A DNA stretch of 64,000 bases from an uncultured delta proteobacterium (GCA_963760795.1 CAVXEP010000022.1:247123-311122); one strand, 5' to 3'. Shown: positions 1 to 11,261, counted from the first letter of the stretch. The notes: generated by a model not told the origin, from the sequence alone. Numbers and translations are program-made.

Positions 1-64
1 CAAGTCGAAATGGGATCCGGCGAATCTGTTTACGATGAACAAGAACATCGCGCCGCGGGTGTAA
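1..64 (+). CDS. C-terminal end of an FAD-linked oxidase (BBE domain), truncated by window edge
   Basis: Frame starting at base 2 reads KSKWDPANLFTMNKNIAPRV*, matching the K.kyDP.N.F..N.NI.P terminus of berberine-bridge-like domains. Confidence 0.65.
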   Translation, partial: KSKWDPANLFTMNKNIAPRV

Positions 65-197
65 CGGAATCCGGTGACTTTCCGAGCGTGAGTCTTTGCC
101 GGCTTACGTTTGGGACCCGCTATGTCCTTGCCTGTTAGCGACCCGCCGGAGCTGAAACACTGATCAGCGAACTTTCATTCGCACCAACAAAGCCACG

Positions 198-476
198 ATG
201 GCGATAAATCCCAAACAGCCGGCTGATTATATTCTGGCTTATAAACACTCGTCCGGGCAACGAGCAGAAGTCGCGGCCAGTGAAAAGTGTCGGTGCTTTT
301 ACTGTCTGGATATGTTTTCGCCCGCTGACATTATCGACGGGCTCAAAGAAGGAAACGGCACAGCTCATTGTCCGCGCTGCGGAATCGACTGAGTGATTGG
401 CTCGCAGTCCGGTTCTTCGCTCACAACTTCGTGTCTTCGCGAGATGCATCGATACTGGTTCAGCACCAAACCGTAA
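198..476 (+). pseudogene. Small Cys-rich (CxCFYC...CPxCG) conserved hypothetical protein interrupted by an in-frame TGA
   Basis: ORF 198-392 ends CPRCGID-TGA but the same frame continues VIGSQSGSSLTTSCLREMHRYWFSTKP-TAA (476), which resembles the CGIDSVIG...MH.YWF ending I recall for this family. Confidence 0.65.
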
Positions 477-535
477 AATCAGTCCTGGTCAACATTGGGG
501 CGTGAAGCCTGAGTCGAACTGGATATTTCACAACT

Positions 536-1519
536 TTACTTCCTATAGAGTTGCTCCAAAAATCCCGAGCGTTGAATCTCATCGATCAAGCTGAGATCCC
601 AATTATCTTTCTCGGTCAGCTTCTTCGCCTGCGGAAAATCGAGGGCGGCCAGCTCCAGCAACGCGCGCACCGCATCTGATTGCGGACGCAAATCTTTTTC
701 GGCGCGGCTGGAAATTTCTTCGTAGAGATAAGCCATGATTTCGAGATCCGGGTTGCGCACATACTTGGCAAAAATCTTTAAGCTCTCGTTCCTGTTCGCC
801 TTCAAGTAGTGAATCCCTTCCATATAGCCGCGCATGAATCGCAACGCTTGCGGCCGGTTCTTTTGCACGAATGCAGGCGTCGTGTTGATACCGCCGCCGA
901 CATTGGCGACATCGAGGCGGGAGAGAATGCTCATGCCGGACTTCTCGGAGATCTTATCCGAGGGCGGCGTAAACATGGTCGCGTGGATCACGCCGGTGGA
1001 CAGCGCCGCCACCCGCGCCGCCGGGCCGCCGTCGCCCACCGATAGAAACGTCACGTCTTTCGCCGCGTCCATGCCGTTGTCGCGCAGCAGCTTGACGACC
1101 CGCGCGTAGGCGGCGTCGCGCCCGGGTGTGACGCCGATGATCTTGCCCTTGAGATCGCGCACGGTCTTGATGCTCGGCTGGACGACGATGGAATATCCCA
1201 GCGTGTTGGTGGTCACGCCGACCCGCGTGAGGCTGGCGCCCTGGATGATTCCCGTCGTCACCCCAAGGTCCGAGCCAAGAATGACATCGACACTGCCACC
1301 GATCAACGCGGCGACCGTTCTCCCGCCGCCGCGCAGAAAGATCAGCTCGACGTCAAGACCGTGCTTTTTCCAAAAGCCCTTGTCGGCGGTGACCCACGAC
1401 GCGGCAAACCCGGTTGCAAGCGACGGGTAACCCACGCGCACGATATCCGCGCTCCAAAGCCTCGATGTCGGCAATAGGAACCACGCGAGCAGAGCAAATC
1501 CGATCGACAGTGATTTCAT
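536..1519 (-). CDS. NitT/TauT (SsuA/THI5-like) ABC transporter substrate-binding protein
   Basis: Signal peptide MKSLSIGFALLAW.., KGFWKKHGLDVEL, DLKGKIIGV and D.SLIDEIQRSGF motifs; ATG at 1519 preceded by GGAG. Confidence 0.9.
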   Translation of the reverse strand: MKSLSIGFALLAWFLLPTSRLWSADIVRVGYPSLATGFAASWVTADKGFWKKHGLDVELIFLRGGGRTVAALIGGSVDVILGSDLGVTTGIIQGASLTRVGVTTNTLGYSIVVQPSIKTVRDLKGKIIGVTPGRDAAYARVVKLLRDNGMDAAKDVTFLSVGDGGPAARVAALSTGVIHATMFTPPSDKISEKSGMSILSRLDVANVGGGINTTPAFVQKNRPQALRFMRGYMEGIHYLKANRNESLKIFAKYVRNPDLEIMAYLYEEISSRAEKDLRPQSDAVRALLELAALDFPQAKKLTEKDNWDLSLIDEIQRSGFLEQLYRK

Positions 1520-1574
1520 TGAAACTCCATTCGCTGAAACATATTCTCGCCCAACGATCGGCCGAGCCTCAGAA

Positions 1575-1620
1575 GTCCGAACGACTTGATTATTTTGAAC
1601 GGCTTGAACGATTTGAACGC
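1575..1620. repeat. Short TTGAACG tandem repeat cluster (intergenic)
   Basis: ttttgaacggcttgaacgatttgaacg; related clusters at ~34016-34040 and ~38746-38775. Confidence 0.6.
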
Positions 1621-1873
1621 CGCGGCTGCCGCGGTCAGCCCTAGCTAACACCCGCGCCGGAACCTGTCAAATAAACAAGGCATTTCGCGTACGGGGTCTT
1701 AACCCCGCACGCGACCAAAGGGGATGCTCGCCCCCTTTGGATTCCCCATTTGATGGCGCCCGCAGCAAGCTGCGGGGAATGTATAGATTTGAAAAGCCAG
1801 CGCGCAATTTGACATCAGCAAGGCACAACGCGTAATTTCGACGAACCAAACGATTGCCCGACGGAGGTATGAT

Positions 1874-2869
1874 TTGACAGTCGTTGCAAGTATTGCACTT
1901 ATTCTTGCGATCAATTTTCCGCGGATCCTATGGTCAGCAGATGCGCCGAAACTGGAAAAGCTCGTGATCGGCTACCCCGCGCCGGTGGCGTCCTTGGGCA
2001 TCATCGATGTCATGCGCAAAGCCGGACTGTTTAGAAAAAACGGCCTCGATGTAGATTTGGTTTTCATCCAGGGCAGCCCGATCTTAACCACGGCGATGGT
2101 CTCAGGCCAGGTGCCGCTGAGTTTCATTGGCGGCGCGGCCATTGTCGCCTCCGCCATCGGCGGCGCCGATACGGTCTATCTCGCCTGCGGCATCAACACG
2201 CTCTACTGGCGGATTTTCTCGACCCCGGAGGTTAAAACCATCGCCGACCTGAAAGGCAAGAAGTTCGGCGTCACCACCATCGGCTCGCAGGAAGACAGCG
2301 TCATCCGTTTCATCCTCAAAGAACGCGGACTCACTCCCGACCGGGACTTTGCCATGGTCGCCGTCGGTGGCGCGCCGACACGCTTGGCGGCGTTGAGCAA
2401 AGGCGTAATCCACGCGTCGACCTTCATTCCGCCTCAGGACATCGCGGCTGAGAAACTCGGACTCCATGAGTTGCTCGATCTGAGCACGCTTGGCCTGTAC
2501 AACCCCGGCAGTTGCTTCGCCAGCACCAAAAGCTATATCAAGACCCACCGCGACACGGTCATGCGAGTGATGAAAGCCTTCGTCGAGGGACTGCGCTACT
2601 ACAAAGACAATCGCGAGTTCGTTTTGAAAGTCACCGCCGACTTCGCCCAGAACCGCGACCCCGAAGTCTTGCGGCCAACCTACGAAGTCGTCACCCGATT
2701 CCAGGACCGCGTTCCCTACGTCAATATGAAAGGCATCGAGTTCATGCTCAAGACTCTGGAGCTGCGCGACCCGCGCGCCAGGACTTTCGATCCCAATAAC
2801 GTTGTCGACTCCAGCTTCATCCAAGAGCTGGACAAGAGCGGCTTCATCGACGCGGTGTGGAAGAAATAG
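1874..2869 (+). CDS. NitT/TauT family ABC transporter substrate-binding protein
   Basis: Signal peptide, GLFRKNGLDVDLVF, DLKGKKFGV, VDSSFIQELDKSGFID; GGAGG upstream. Confidence 0.9.
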   Translation: MTVVASIALILAINFPRILWSADAPKLEKLVIGYPAPVASLGIIDVMRKAGLFRKNGLDVDLVFIQGSPILTTAMVSGQVPLSFIGGAAIVASAIGGADTVYLACGINTLYWRIFSTPEVKTIADLKGKKFGVTTIGSQEDSVIRFILKERGLTPDRDFAMVAVGGAPTRLAALSKGVIHASTFIPPQDIAAEKLGLHELLDLSTLGLYNPGSCFASTKSYIKTHRDTVMRVMKAFVEGLRYYKDNREFVLKVTADFAQNRDPEVLRPTYEVVTRFQDRVPYVNMKGIEFMLKTLELRDPRARTFDPNNVVDSSFIQELDKSGFIDAVWKK

Positions 2870-2877
2870 AAAAATAT

Positions 2878-2943
2878 CGTAAGGCGTAAAGGGTGAGGCG
2901 TAAGGCGTTCCCACCCCTAACCCCTTACCCTTCACCCCTTACG
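2878..2943. repeat. Imperfect palindrome built of heptamer repeats (CGTAAGG / CCCTTAC)
   Basis: cgtaagg-cgtaaag-ggtgagg-cgtaagg ... ccctaac-cccttac-ccttcac-cccttac. Confidence 0.75.
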
Positions 2944-2951
2944 TTTAAATC

Positions 2952-4479
2952 ATGAACATCGGCGAATCCTTAACCCGCAACGCCCAACACTTTCCCGACA
3001 AGCGCGCCATCGTCGACGCGCATAGGTCGGTAACCTATGGCGAATTGCACCAGCGCACCGATCGCTTGGCTAACTATCTGCTCGATCTAGGTGTCGGCAA
3101 AGGCGACCTGGTCGGTCTTTCGGTGGGCAGCCGAGCCGAGCACTTCGAAGCGCTCTTCGCCATTGCCAAGATCGGTGCCTTGGCGATTCCGTTCGATTTC
3201 AATTGGAGCGCGCAAGAGTGTGACGCCATGGTGCGCTTCTTTGCACCCAAGGCGTTCTTCTTCGAAAAACGACCAGAGACCGAGGCCCTGCTGGGGCTGG
3301 CACGCGGTGCCATCCCTGCCGAAAAGCTCATCCTGATTGCCGCTGACGAACTGCCAGGACGGTGCCGGCATGGAAAGCGCTATCGAGCTCGGCAATCCCA
3401 AGGAGCCACAAGCCATTGTCGACGGCAAGGATCCGTTTCTCCTGATGATCACCTCCGGCACCACCGGATTCCCCAAGGCGTGCAGCATCGACCACGAGAC
3501 CTATGCGCTGCGCTGCCTCAACTACAGCGTCAGCAAAGGCATGAACCACAACGAGCGCGCCCTGATGGCGCTGCCGGTCCACTTCAACGCCGGCCGCGGC
3601 TCGGTGATGGCGATCCTGTATCTCGGCGGGACGATCATCATTCAAGAAAAATTCGACGCCGAGAGATTCTTGCAAGCCATAGAGCGGGAGCAAATCACCT
3701 ACACCATGCTGGTGCCGGTATTATGCGAACGCTTGCTGCGCTCCGAGCACTTGAACAAATATCGCACAACGTCACTCCGCTTCCTCGGCATCACCGGCGG
3801 CCATCTTTCCCAAGAACTCGCGCGTGAAGCACGCCAGCGCCTGAGCCCGGGTATCTTTGAAGCTTACGCCTCCACCGACTGCGGTCAGATCACCACCGTC
3901 GACGCCGAGGACTGGGAAACCCACGGTGACACCGTGGGCAAACCGATCTGGTGTGTGCTGGTACGCTTCGCCGACGACGACGGCAACGAAACGGCGCGCG
4001 GCGAGCCTGGAGAGATTTGCCTGCGCACGCCGCTTGCCATCCAAGGTTACTACCGAAACCCGACAGCGACAGACGAATTCTTGACCGGCGGCTGGTGCCA
4101 CACCGGCGATATCGGATTTTTGGACCAAGAAGGCTACCTGCACATCTCCGGCCGTAAGAAGAACATGGTAAAGAGCGGCGGCATCAGCGTCTTTCCCGAA
4201 GAAATTGAAGACGCGCTGCGCCGGCATCCCGCGGTTGCGGAGGCGGCGGTGGTTGGGTTCGATAGTCAGCAGTGGGGCGAAGCGGTGAAAGCGTTCGTAG
4301 TTTTGAACCCCGGCGCCGATTGCAACGCAGACAAATTGATTCAATTCTGCAAAGAGTCGCTGGCGCCGTATAAAGCGCCCAAAGCCGTGAAGTTTCTCGC
4401 CGCGCTGCCGCGCACCGGGCTCGGCAAGATCGATCGAGGCAAACTAGCGGCGCTGACAAACCAACTGGACGAGAATTGA
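2952..4479 (+). CDS. AMP-dependent acyl-CoA synthetase (class I adenylate-forming enzyme), frameshifted near 3340-3370
   Basis: TSGTTGFPK, YASTD, GWCHTGDIG, GRKKNMVKSGG..VFPEEIE and LPRTGLGKID motifs across ORFs 2952 and 3337. Confidence 0.9.
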
Positions 4480-4670
4480 AAGGGCGGGGTTTCGATGTCG
4501 CGCCGGTGAGCGGCGATACCTGGCGGCACTCGGTTTCGAGATCGAATTGAAGCGTCATTTCGCGTCGGCTTTCGCATCGCCGATGCGGCGTTATCGCCAT
4601 CTTACAGCTGCGGGAACGTCACAGCACTGCGCGTAGCGAAACCTCTCACGTTGTCAGCCTTGCCATGCCG

Positions 4671-4985
4671 TCAGGCAAACAGCACGAGCATTTTCATGAT
4701 CAGCAGCACTGCCAGGATTGAATAGACACACGCAATAATCGTCAACCCATGAACGACCACCGCCTCCACCCGTTTGCGCAGCATGAAGATTAGGATCACC
4801 AAGATGCAGCCGATCGCTTTGCTATAGAGCAATCCACCGAAGACACCCCAATGGGCGATGTAGGTGGCCACCACCGGATTTTCTTCCGGCACACCGGCGG
4901 AGAGAATCTGATAGGAAGCGAGTCCATCGACGACCTGGAGCAGTATGTTGGCGATGGCCAGCGTGACAATCGTACCCTGCCTCAT
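4671..4985 (-). CDS. Small membrane protein (DUF5658-like)
   Basis: Three hydrophobic segments with Q.VDGL.SY..L..G..EENP motif; ATG at 4985. Confidence 0.65.
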   Translation of the reverse strand: MRQGTIVTLAIANILLQVVDGLASYQILSAGVPEENPVVATYIAHWGVFGGLLYSKAIGCILVILIFMLRKRVEAVVVHGLTIIACVYSILAVLLIMKMLVLFA

Positions 4986-5037
4986 TTCAGAGTCCCCTTT
5001 CACTGAACCAACGCTAGGATTCACGCAAGCTGTTCAT

Positions 5038-5054
5038 TGCTAGAGCGGTGCCGG
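5038..5054 (-). promoter_or_regulatory. Candidate sigma54 (-24/-12) promoter
   Basis: Minus strand CCGGCACCGCTCTAGCA = GG-N10-GC about 55 bp upstream of the 4985 start; -12 box is TAGC rather than TTGC. Confidence 0.35.
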
Positions 5055-5310
5055 AACCCTTTTGGCGCGAGATGAGGATTCACATTCTTAGAAGCTCCCA
5101 GAGGGACCAAGCGGATTTGCCTGCAAGCGGAAAGACACCTTGGCACCGGGCACGGCCGACCTGCGCGGCGTCATGCTCGCTGCGTCACTGGTTAATGGGA
5201 TTTTGTCGACGAAATGAGAGTTTTTGGTGGGTTCGATCAAATTTTGTTTGACCGCTTCAGGCTTGGATTGGTAGAAGGGCTCAATCACTCTCGTTAGTAA
5301 GGAGACTCCC

Positions 5311-6442
5311 ATGAGCGAAGGCAACCTACCGAAATTTGGCATCAGCAAGAACGTGAAACTGGTCGGCCGCACCGACCTCGCCGGCGGCGGCCAAGTCGTC
5401 GTCGAAAACGGCTACGCTTACGTCGGCCATATGGAACCGCCCCATGGCACGACGATCCTCGATGTCAAAGATCCCAAGCATCCGAAAGTCATCGCCGAGG
5501 TCGAATTCCCCAGGGCGTGCACTCGCACAAGGTGCGCGTCAGCGGCGATGTCATGCTGGTGAATCTGGAACGATACCGGCCGAAAGAGAGACTGCCGACG
5601 GGTCTAAAGATTTACGACATCTCCAACCGCGAGAAGCCGCGCGAGATCGCATTTTATGAAACCAACGGCGGCGTGCATCGTTTTACCTTCGATGGCCGCT
5701 ACGCCTATCTCTCGGTGCATGTCGAAGGCTACATCGGACGTATCCCGATCATTTTGGATCTCAAAGATCCGAGCCAAGCCGGTTGAAGTCGGCCGCTGGT
5801 GGAAACCAGGACAGTGGATCGCCGGCGGCGAGAAGCCTACCTGGGAAGGCACCGCACATCAGTGCCATCATCCGATCCGCTACGGCGACCGGCTCTACGT
5901 CAGTTACTGGCATGGCGGCTTTCGTCATTCTCGATATCGCCGACATGAGCAAACCGAAATTTATCAGCGGCCTCAACTGGTCGCCGCCCTATCCTTCACC
6001 GATTCACACGACGTTGCCGATTCCGTGGAAGCTCAAGGGCCGCGACATGATGGTGGTGGTCGACGAGGAGGCCGGCAAACGCGCGCCGACACCGCCGGCG
6101 TTCATGTGGATGGTCGATATCACGGATGAAAAACAGCCGGTATCGGTGTCGACCTTCAATCCCGAGGGCGCGTGGGACATCGCTCCCGGCAATCAATACG
6201 GCGCGCACCAACCGGCCGAGCAAGTTTACGACAACAAGATGTTCGTCACCTGGTTCAGCGGCGGCCTGCGCGTCGTCGATATTTCGAATCCATACAGCCT
6301 GCAAGAGATCGGCTACTACGTGCCCAATCCAGGGCGCGGCCAGAAAACCGTCAAAAGCAACGATGTCTATCGCGACGCCAACGGCTTGCTCTACTTGATC
6401 GACCGGCTGGATGGATTGGAGATACTCGAAAGCGAAATATGA
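5311..6442 (+). CDS. LVIVD-repeat beta-propeller protein, frameshifted (~5510, ~5780, ~5920)
   Basis: Repeated GxxIxDvsdPxxP units (GTTILDVKDPKHP, GLKIYDISNREKP, GLRVVDISNPYS) spread over four overlapping ORFs; GGAG RBS. Confidence 0.85.
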
Positions 6443-6446
6443 ATTT

Positions 6447-6500
6447 GATGTCATTTCGATCGAAGGGACAAATCTTTCCCTCGCCTGCGCTCAGGATGGC
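6447..6500. repeat. Degenerate REP-like palindromic element (TGTCATTTCGA..GAAGGGA.AAATCT type)
   Basis: gatgtcatttcgatcgaagggacaaatctttccctcgcctgcgctcaggatggc directly after a stop codon. Confidence 0.45.
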
Positions 6501-6633
6501 GGATATCGGACTATCACGTTGGCGACGTTGCCGGGAAAATCCGAAAACGAAAGCATCATGCGATACCGCGGGGGCCTACTATTAGCAGCTTGCTAAAAGA
6601 AGTGTTAGCGGAGCTGAGAAAGTGATCTGAAGC

Positions 6634-8225
6634 TCACAGCGCTTCGAACACGGCCGCGCCACGATCCTCATAGCGCAACGCGAATCGCGAGTCGCTCAGG
6701 AAATGAAAATAGGCGTTAGCATCGAACTCCTTGAGCAAATAAACATAGCGCGCGCGATAGCGCTCCTTGAGCAACTTAAACGCATCCACGCCAGCCGGAT
6801 CGGCACAGTCGCCGGTGGGACAGAGGAGGGAGGGCTGGCGCGCCGCGATTTTCAAACCGGACAAATACAACTGCGGATCGAAAGCGTACTGGAAGATCGG
6901 GTCCATGCCGCTGGTGTAAACATTCTTGGTGTTCCAGAAAAACAGCTCGGGGAAATAGGACCAGCGAAAATTAAACACGACATCGCCGGGGTTGGAGTTG
7001 GCATGGAGCCAGCGTGCCGCCGGCTCAGCTTGATTGACATCCCAGCCAAGCGCGACCACGCGATGGCGCTGCGTCACGCCGTAAACCGCCAACACGCTGA
7101 ACAAACCGACAACGGCGAGGCGCGGCCAATTTTTGCCAGGCATGATCTCGCCGACCGCCAGTGCCAGCACCAGCACGCCGAAAGCCGAACAAAAATCGAA
7201 ACCGCGGCGGGCAAACAAGATCGCGACTAGGAAGAAAACCGATGACAGCATCGCGCTCAGCAGTAGCGCGGTTTTTATTGACACGGCGAACTGGGATCGA
7301 CTGGCGATGGCGCGCCACAGGAGAAACAGCAGACTTGCCAACCACAGCAGGATAAACGGCAGATAGTTGCTGTAGTAAGCGAGCACCAACGGGCGCAGCT
7401 CGGAGCCGAATTCGAGCGGCGCATGAGCGAGGTTCGCAAGCGTAAGATCGACAACTTGAACATAAGCGATCGACGCCGCGCCCAACGGATTGGGCCGCAG
7501 CAGCCAGCCGGCGACGAGCCCCGCGCAGCCCGCAACGAACTCTTGCCAGCGCAGTTCCTTATCCGTGAAAATTTTTATCGCCGGAAATAAACCGAGCAAG
7601 ATCAGCGGCGCGAAGAAAAGACTCAAATGGACCCAGGCGATGGCAAAGGCGATGACAAAGACGCCGCGAAGATTGCCGAGCACGATCTGCGCCAGTAACA
7701 GCACGGTCAGTCCGAGCGAGAGCACTTGCGGCCGCAGCATGGTGACGCGGTGCAGCAGAAACGCCGAGGATACCAGCAGTGCGAAATGGCCAGAGCCATG
7801 CCGGCTTGAGATCGAGCTTTACGCAAGCGCAATAAATCGTCAGGAGAAACGCCCAGGTCAGAACCACCCCGGCCAGACGCATGGCCAACACCGGATCGCC
7901 GATCCAGGTAAACGGTATCAAGAGGACATGAAAGCCGTACCAAATATCCGCCGAGTATTTACCGATGACCGAAAAGGGAATCCACGGAAACGCCGGCGAA
8001 AATAAATTTTCCTCGCCATAGAGCGCCGCGTGGCGGAAATGATAAAAGCCGTCGGGGTCGGCGAACTTGTCCGAGCTAAAATGCAACAGCGCCGAAACGA
8101 TCAATGCGATGAGCGCAAAGATCAGCGCTTGACCGCGCGCGCTAAGCGCGGCAACCAGGCGGCGCCGATTAATTTCGCCTTGCGCTTTCCGCGCCGCTGC
8201 GCCGCTGTTTTCGCAACTTAGCCAT
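6634..8225 (-). CDS. Polytopic membrane protein, probable GT-C fold glycosyltransferase-like; frameshifted (~7780 and 5' end)
   Basis: N-terminal TM followed by acidic DPDGFYH motif, many TM helices, and a C-terminal soluble domain (W..FPELFFWN..MDP); start position approximate. Confidence 0.6.
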
Positions 8226-8396
8226 TATCGTTGCGCCAACCGTAGCCGAGATTCTACATTCAATCAAAGCGAACGGCGTCGCAGCTGCGATTCACGCTTA
8301 TTTCGGTAAATCGTCAGCGATTCGACAATGTCGGGGCAGACTCCTGTGTTTGCCCTCTGCGCACCGGCGCCAGCGCATTCTTGCTGGCTGCATTCG

Positions 8397-8647
8397 CTAG
8401 CCCGGATTATTCATCCTACCAGGAAAGCTGACAACAGAGTGTCGATCGAGGTGGAACCCTGTAGAAGCGAAAGGCATCAGCGCCAAAGGTTCATCGTCAT
8501 GGTCAGTGCTCGGCAATATGTTTGACCTTTTCATAGGTAATTTCACGGCAGTTCGCTGCGCTTGCCGCTTCAAGGCAGAGCCGCTTTGCCTTCGCTCCGG
8601 AAGGGTTTCGCCGCGATCCCTGTTGCACCACGAATGATCCGGGCTAG
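8397..8647. mobile_element. MITE-like non-autonomous element with terminal inverted repeats
   Basis: Left end CTAGCCCGGATTATTCAT (8397-8414); right end reverse-complement CTAGCCCGGATCATTCGT (8630-8647); 16/18 identical; no transposase inside. Confidence 0.7.
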
Positions 8648-8667
8648 GTCAGTTGCCGTGCAGAGAC

Positions 8668-8760
8668 TTATTTATTGATGCCGTAGGCCGCGTAGGTTCG
8701 CTGCAAGAAGCCGCTCTCTTCGAGTTTTCTGAGCATAAATAAACCATCGAATCCCGTTTT
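8668..8760 (-). pseudogene. Orphan C-terminal fragment of a NitT/TauT-type binding protein
   Basis: Reads ..LFMLRKLEESGFLQRTYAAYGINK*, matching the ELDKSGF/EIQRSGF terminus of the intact paralogs in this window. Confidence 0.45.
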
Positions 8761-8794
8761 TATCGAACGCAAACGCATCAAGCGACTTCGCTGG

Positions 8795-9826
8795 TCAGCT
8801 AAAACCGAAGGTCTGGCGGAACGATTTCTGATGGCCGTCGATATTGCGAAAGACCGTGTCCCAATTGGAATCCCAAAAACGAATGCCTTTGAGCTTGAGC
8901 AAAGAGCCGGTGAGCTCGACATCCGCGCGCACCGGGTAGCGCAGCGCGATGTTTTGGATCGCCCGCTGCCCTTCCTGCGACAGAATAAAATCGATGAATA
9001 GTTTGCCGGCATTACTGTGGGGCGCGTTCTTGGCTAGACCGATGGCGACTGGCGGGCGGTTGTATCCGGGCTCGGCGACCACCCAGTCGAGCGGGCAGCC
9101 TTTTTGTTTAAGTCTTTCGGTGTGATGAAAATGAATGCCGATCATCAGCGGGAACTCGCCGGCGCACAAAAGCTCGATGGCGAGGCTCGGATCGCGGCCG
9201 TAGCGCAGCTCCTGCTGCGCCAGCCGGCGCATAAACTGCGGCGCCTTTTCTTTGCCCATGATTTCGACCATGGTGGCGTACCACTCGATGTCGTCCTCGT
9301 TGAGCCACATTTTCCCTCTCCACTTGGGCAAGAGAAAATCGTCATGGGCACGTGGCGCTTCGGCGCGGGAGATTTGTTTGGTGTTGAAAGCCGTGACGAA
9401 GCTCACTGTGTACGCCGCCGTCCAGTAACCTTCTTTGTCTTTTAGGTTGTTGCTGATTGTCGATCGTTCCGGCGAGGGGTATGGCGCCAACGCCCCCTTC
9501 TGCGCCAGCAGCCAAGCTTGCAGGCCGCCGATGCCGCCGTAGACATCGGCGCTAAACAGCCCGGCGCGCTGCTCGCGGAGAATTCTTTCGTAAACCGCGG
9601 TAGTTCCTTGACGGTGATAGTTGCTCTTGATCGCCGGATACTTGTGATTGAACTGCTTGATCAGCGCGTGCATATGGTCGATCTGCGTGGTGCCGTAGAT
9701 CATCAAGTTGCCTTCCTTGACCGCGGCTTTCACCAGCTCGTCAGACGCGCCGTTGGCGCCACTGTCGAACAACGCAAAAGTGACCGCCAAGGCCCCTAAG
9801 AACGCTGGTGTTTTGAATGGTACCAT
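8795..9826 (-). CDS. Extracellular solute-binding protein (iron(III)/polyamine-type ABC cluster)
   Basis: Signal peptide, AAVKEG.L.IY, KDKEGYW, APHSNAGKLFIDFILSQEGQ; ATG 9826 with GGAGG. Confidence 0.9.
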   Translation of the reverse strand: MVPFKTPAFLGALAVTFALFDSGANGASDELVKAAVKEGNLMIYGTTQIDHMHALIKQFNHKYPAIKSNYHRQGTTAVYERILREQRAGLFSADVYGGIGGLQAWLLAQKGALAPYPSPERSTISNNLKDKEGYWTAAYTVSFVTAFNTKQISRAEAPRAHDDFLLPKWRGKMWLNEDDIEWYATMVEIMGKEKAPQFMRRLAQQELRYGRDPSLAIELLCAGEFPLMIGIHFHHTERLKQKGCPLDWVVAEPGYNRPPVAIGLAKNAPHSNAGKLFIDFILSQEGQRAIQNIALRYPVRADVELTGSLLKLKGIRFWDSNWDTVFRNIDGHQKSFRQTFGFS

Positions 9827-9855
9827 CGTGCCTCCGTCGAGCACGCATTCGGCGA

Positions 9856-10995
9856 TTAGAGCAGCCAGTTGAGATCGTAGAGCCGCACGGCGTTGGCGAA
9901 CGTGAGTTTGCGCTGCAGCTCCGGCTTCAGGTGGCCCATGGTCTCGCGAATAAAAGTTTGCGAATCGGGGAAAATACCGTCGGCGTGGGGATAGTCCGAG
10001 GCCCAACAAAAACTCTCCGCGCCATATTCTTCCGCCAACAACGCTCCGACACGGTCGTCCTGAAACGTCGCCCAGACTTGCCGGTTAAAAAGCTCGGTCG
10101 GTTTGGTGCGGATCAGATCGTCGTACATGCCTTCCTTGAATTTCACGTCGAGACGCTCCAGCAAATAGGGAATCCAGCCGATGTGGCTTTCCGCCATGAC
10201 GACTTTCAGGCCGGGATGACGTTCCAGCGCGCCGCACAGCAGGATCGCCACCAGGCATTCGTCGGCCTGCATCGCCACCACCGCCTGGTGCGTCGCGTGG
10301 GAAACCCGCGGCAAATCGCCCTTGAGCTTCTGCTCGACGCTGATCGGGCCGCAGGTCGTCGTGCCATGGCCGACGCCGATGTGAAATGATAGCGACACTT
10401 GATTTTCTTCCGCCGCACTCCACATCGGCTCCCACATCTGATGCCAGATCGGCTCCGGACCGTTGAACCAGTCGATCATCGCGCCGCGCAGCCCCAAGCC
10501 ATGCCCGCCGATGCGGCGCAGCTCCTGGCTCGCCGCTTCGGCGGAAGTCGCCGGGATATTGGCGATACCGATGAAGCGGCGTGGATTGTAAGAGCAGAAC
10601 TCGGCGAGAAAATCGTTGTAAGCTTGATAGGTCGCGGCGATGACCTCGGGATTTTTGATGCTGTCCTCGACGAAGCGGATGCCGTAGATGATTTCCGCTT
10701 CGATGCCGTCCATATCCATGTCGGCGAGCCGGAGCTTCGGATCAGGCGGATGGCTCGGCTGCCAGCCGGCTTCCGCCATGCGCCGACCGCGATGGGTGGT
10801 CATTTGTCCGCGCCCCATCCACGCCGCGTGGGTGCCCATGTTGGCGCCGTCGCCGATCCAGGTGGGCTTGCCACTGACATCCTCCACGTGGGGCACGCGG
10901 TCGCGCAAGTGGGCCGGCGCGCGTGAAGTAAATGTATCAGCCGGCAGATAAAACAAATCCATATGCCCATCAGCCGAAACGATCTTGTTAGCCAT
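9856..10995 (-). CDS. Amidohydrolase family protein (Amidohydro_2)
   Basis: ISADGH, RLADMDMDGIEAEIIY, FHIG, ESHIGW and WASDYPHAD motifs. Confidence 0.9.
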   Translation of the reverse strand: MANKIVSADGHMDLFYLPADTFTSRAPAHLRDRVPHVEDVSGKPTWIGDGANMGTHAAWMGRGQMTTHRGRRMAEAGWQPSHPPDPKLRLADMDMDGIEAEIIYGIRFVEDSIKNPEVIAATYQAYNDFLAEFCSYNPRRFIGIANIPATSAEAASQELRRIGGHGLGLRGAMIDWFNGPEPIWHQMWEPMWSAAEENQVSLSFHIGVGHGTTTCGPISVEQKLKGDLPRVSHATHQAVVAMQADECLVAILLCGALERHPGLKVVMAESHIGWIPYLLERLDVKFKEGMYDDLIRTKPTELFNRQVWATFQDDRVGALLAEEYGAESFCWASDYPHADGIFPDSQTFIRETMGHLKPELQRKLTFANAVRLYDLNWLL

Positions 10996-11261
10996 CGGAG
11001 TTTCCCCCTTTCTAAAAGATAAATTCGTGAGCAGTGATCGACGCGCGGCCGGACAGAGGTTGATGCAGCGGACAATAGTTCCAATCGAGCCGCAGCGTCA
11101 AGGGGCGCGCGGTTTGACCGCGCTTGCACTTGCCGCCACCGAGTTCTAGCGAAGTTTGCACAGGCTAGGTCCCCGCGTACTGGTTTCTCGGTTTACAAGA
11201 ACCGAGTTCTTGAGATGAATTCGACGACGCTCGGCTCTTCGTCGCTTCACGGCCCACCATG

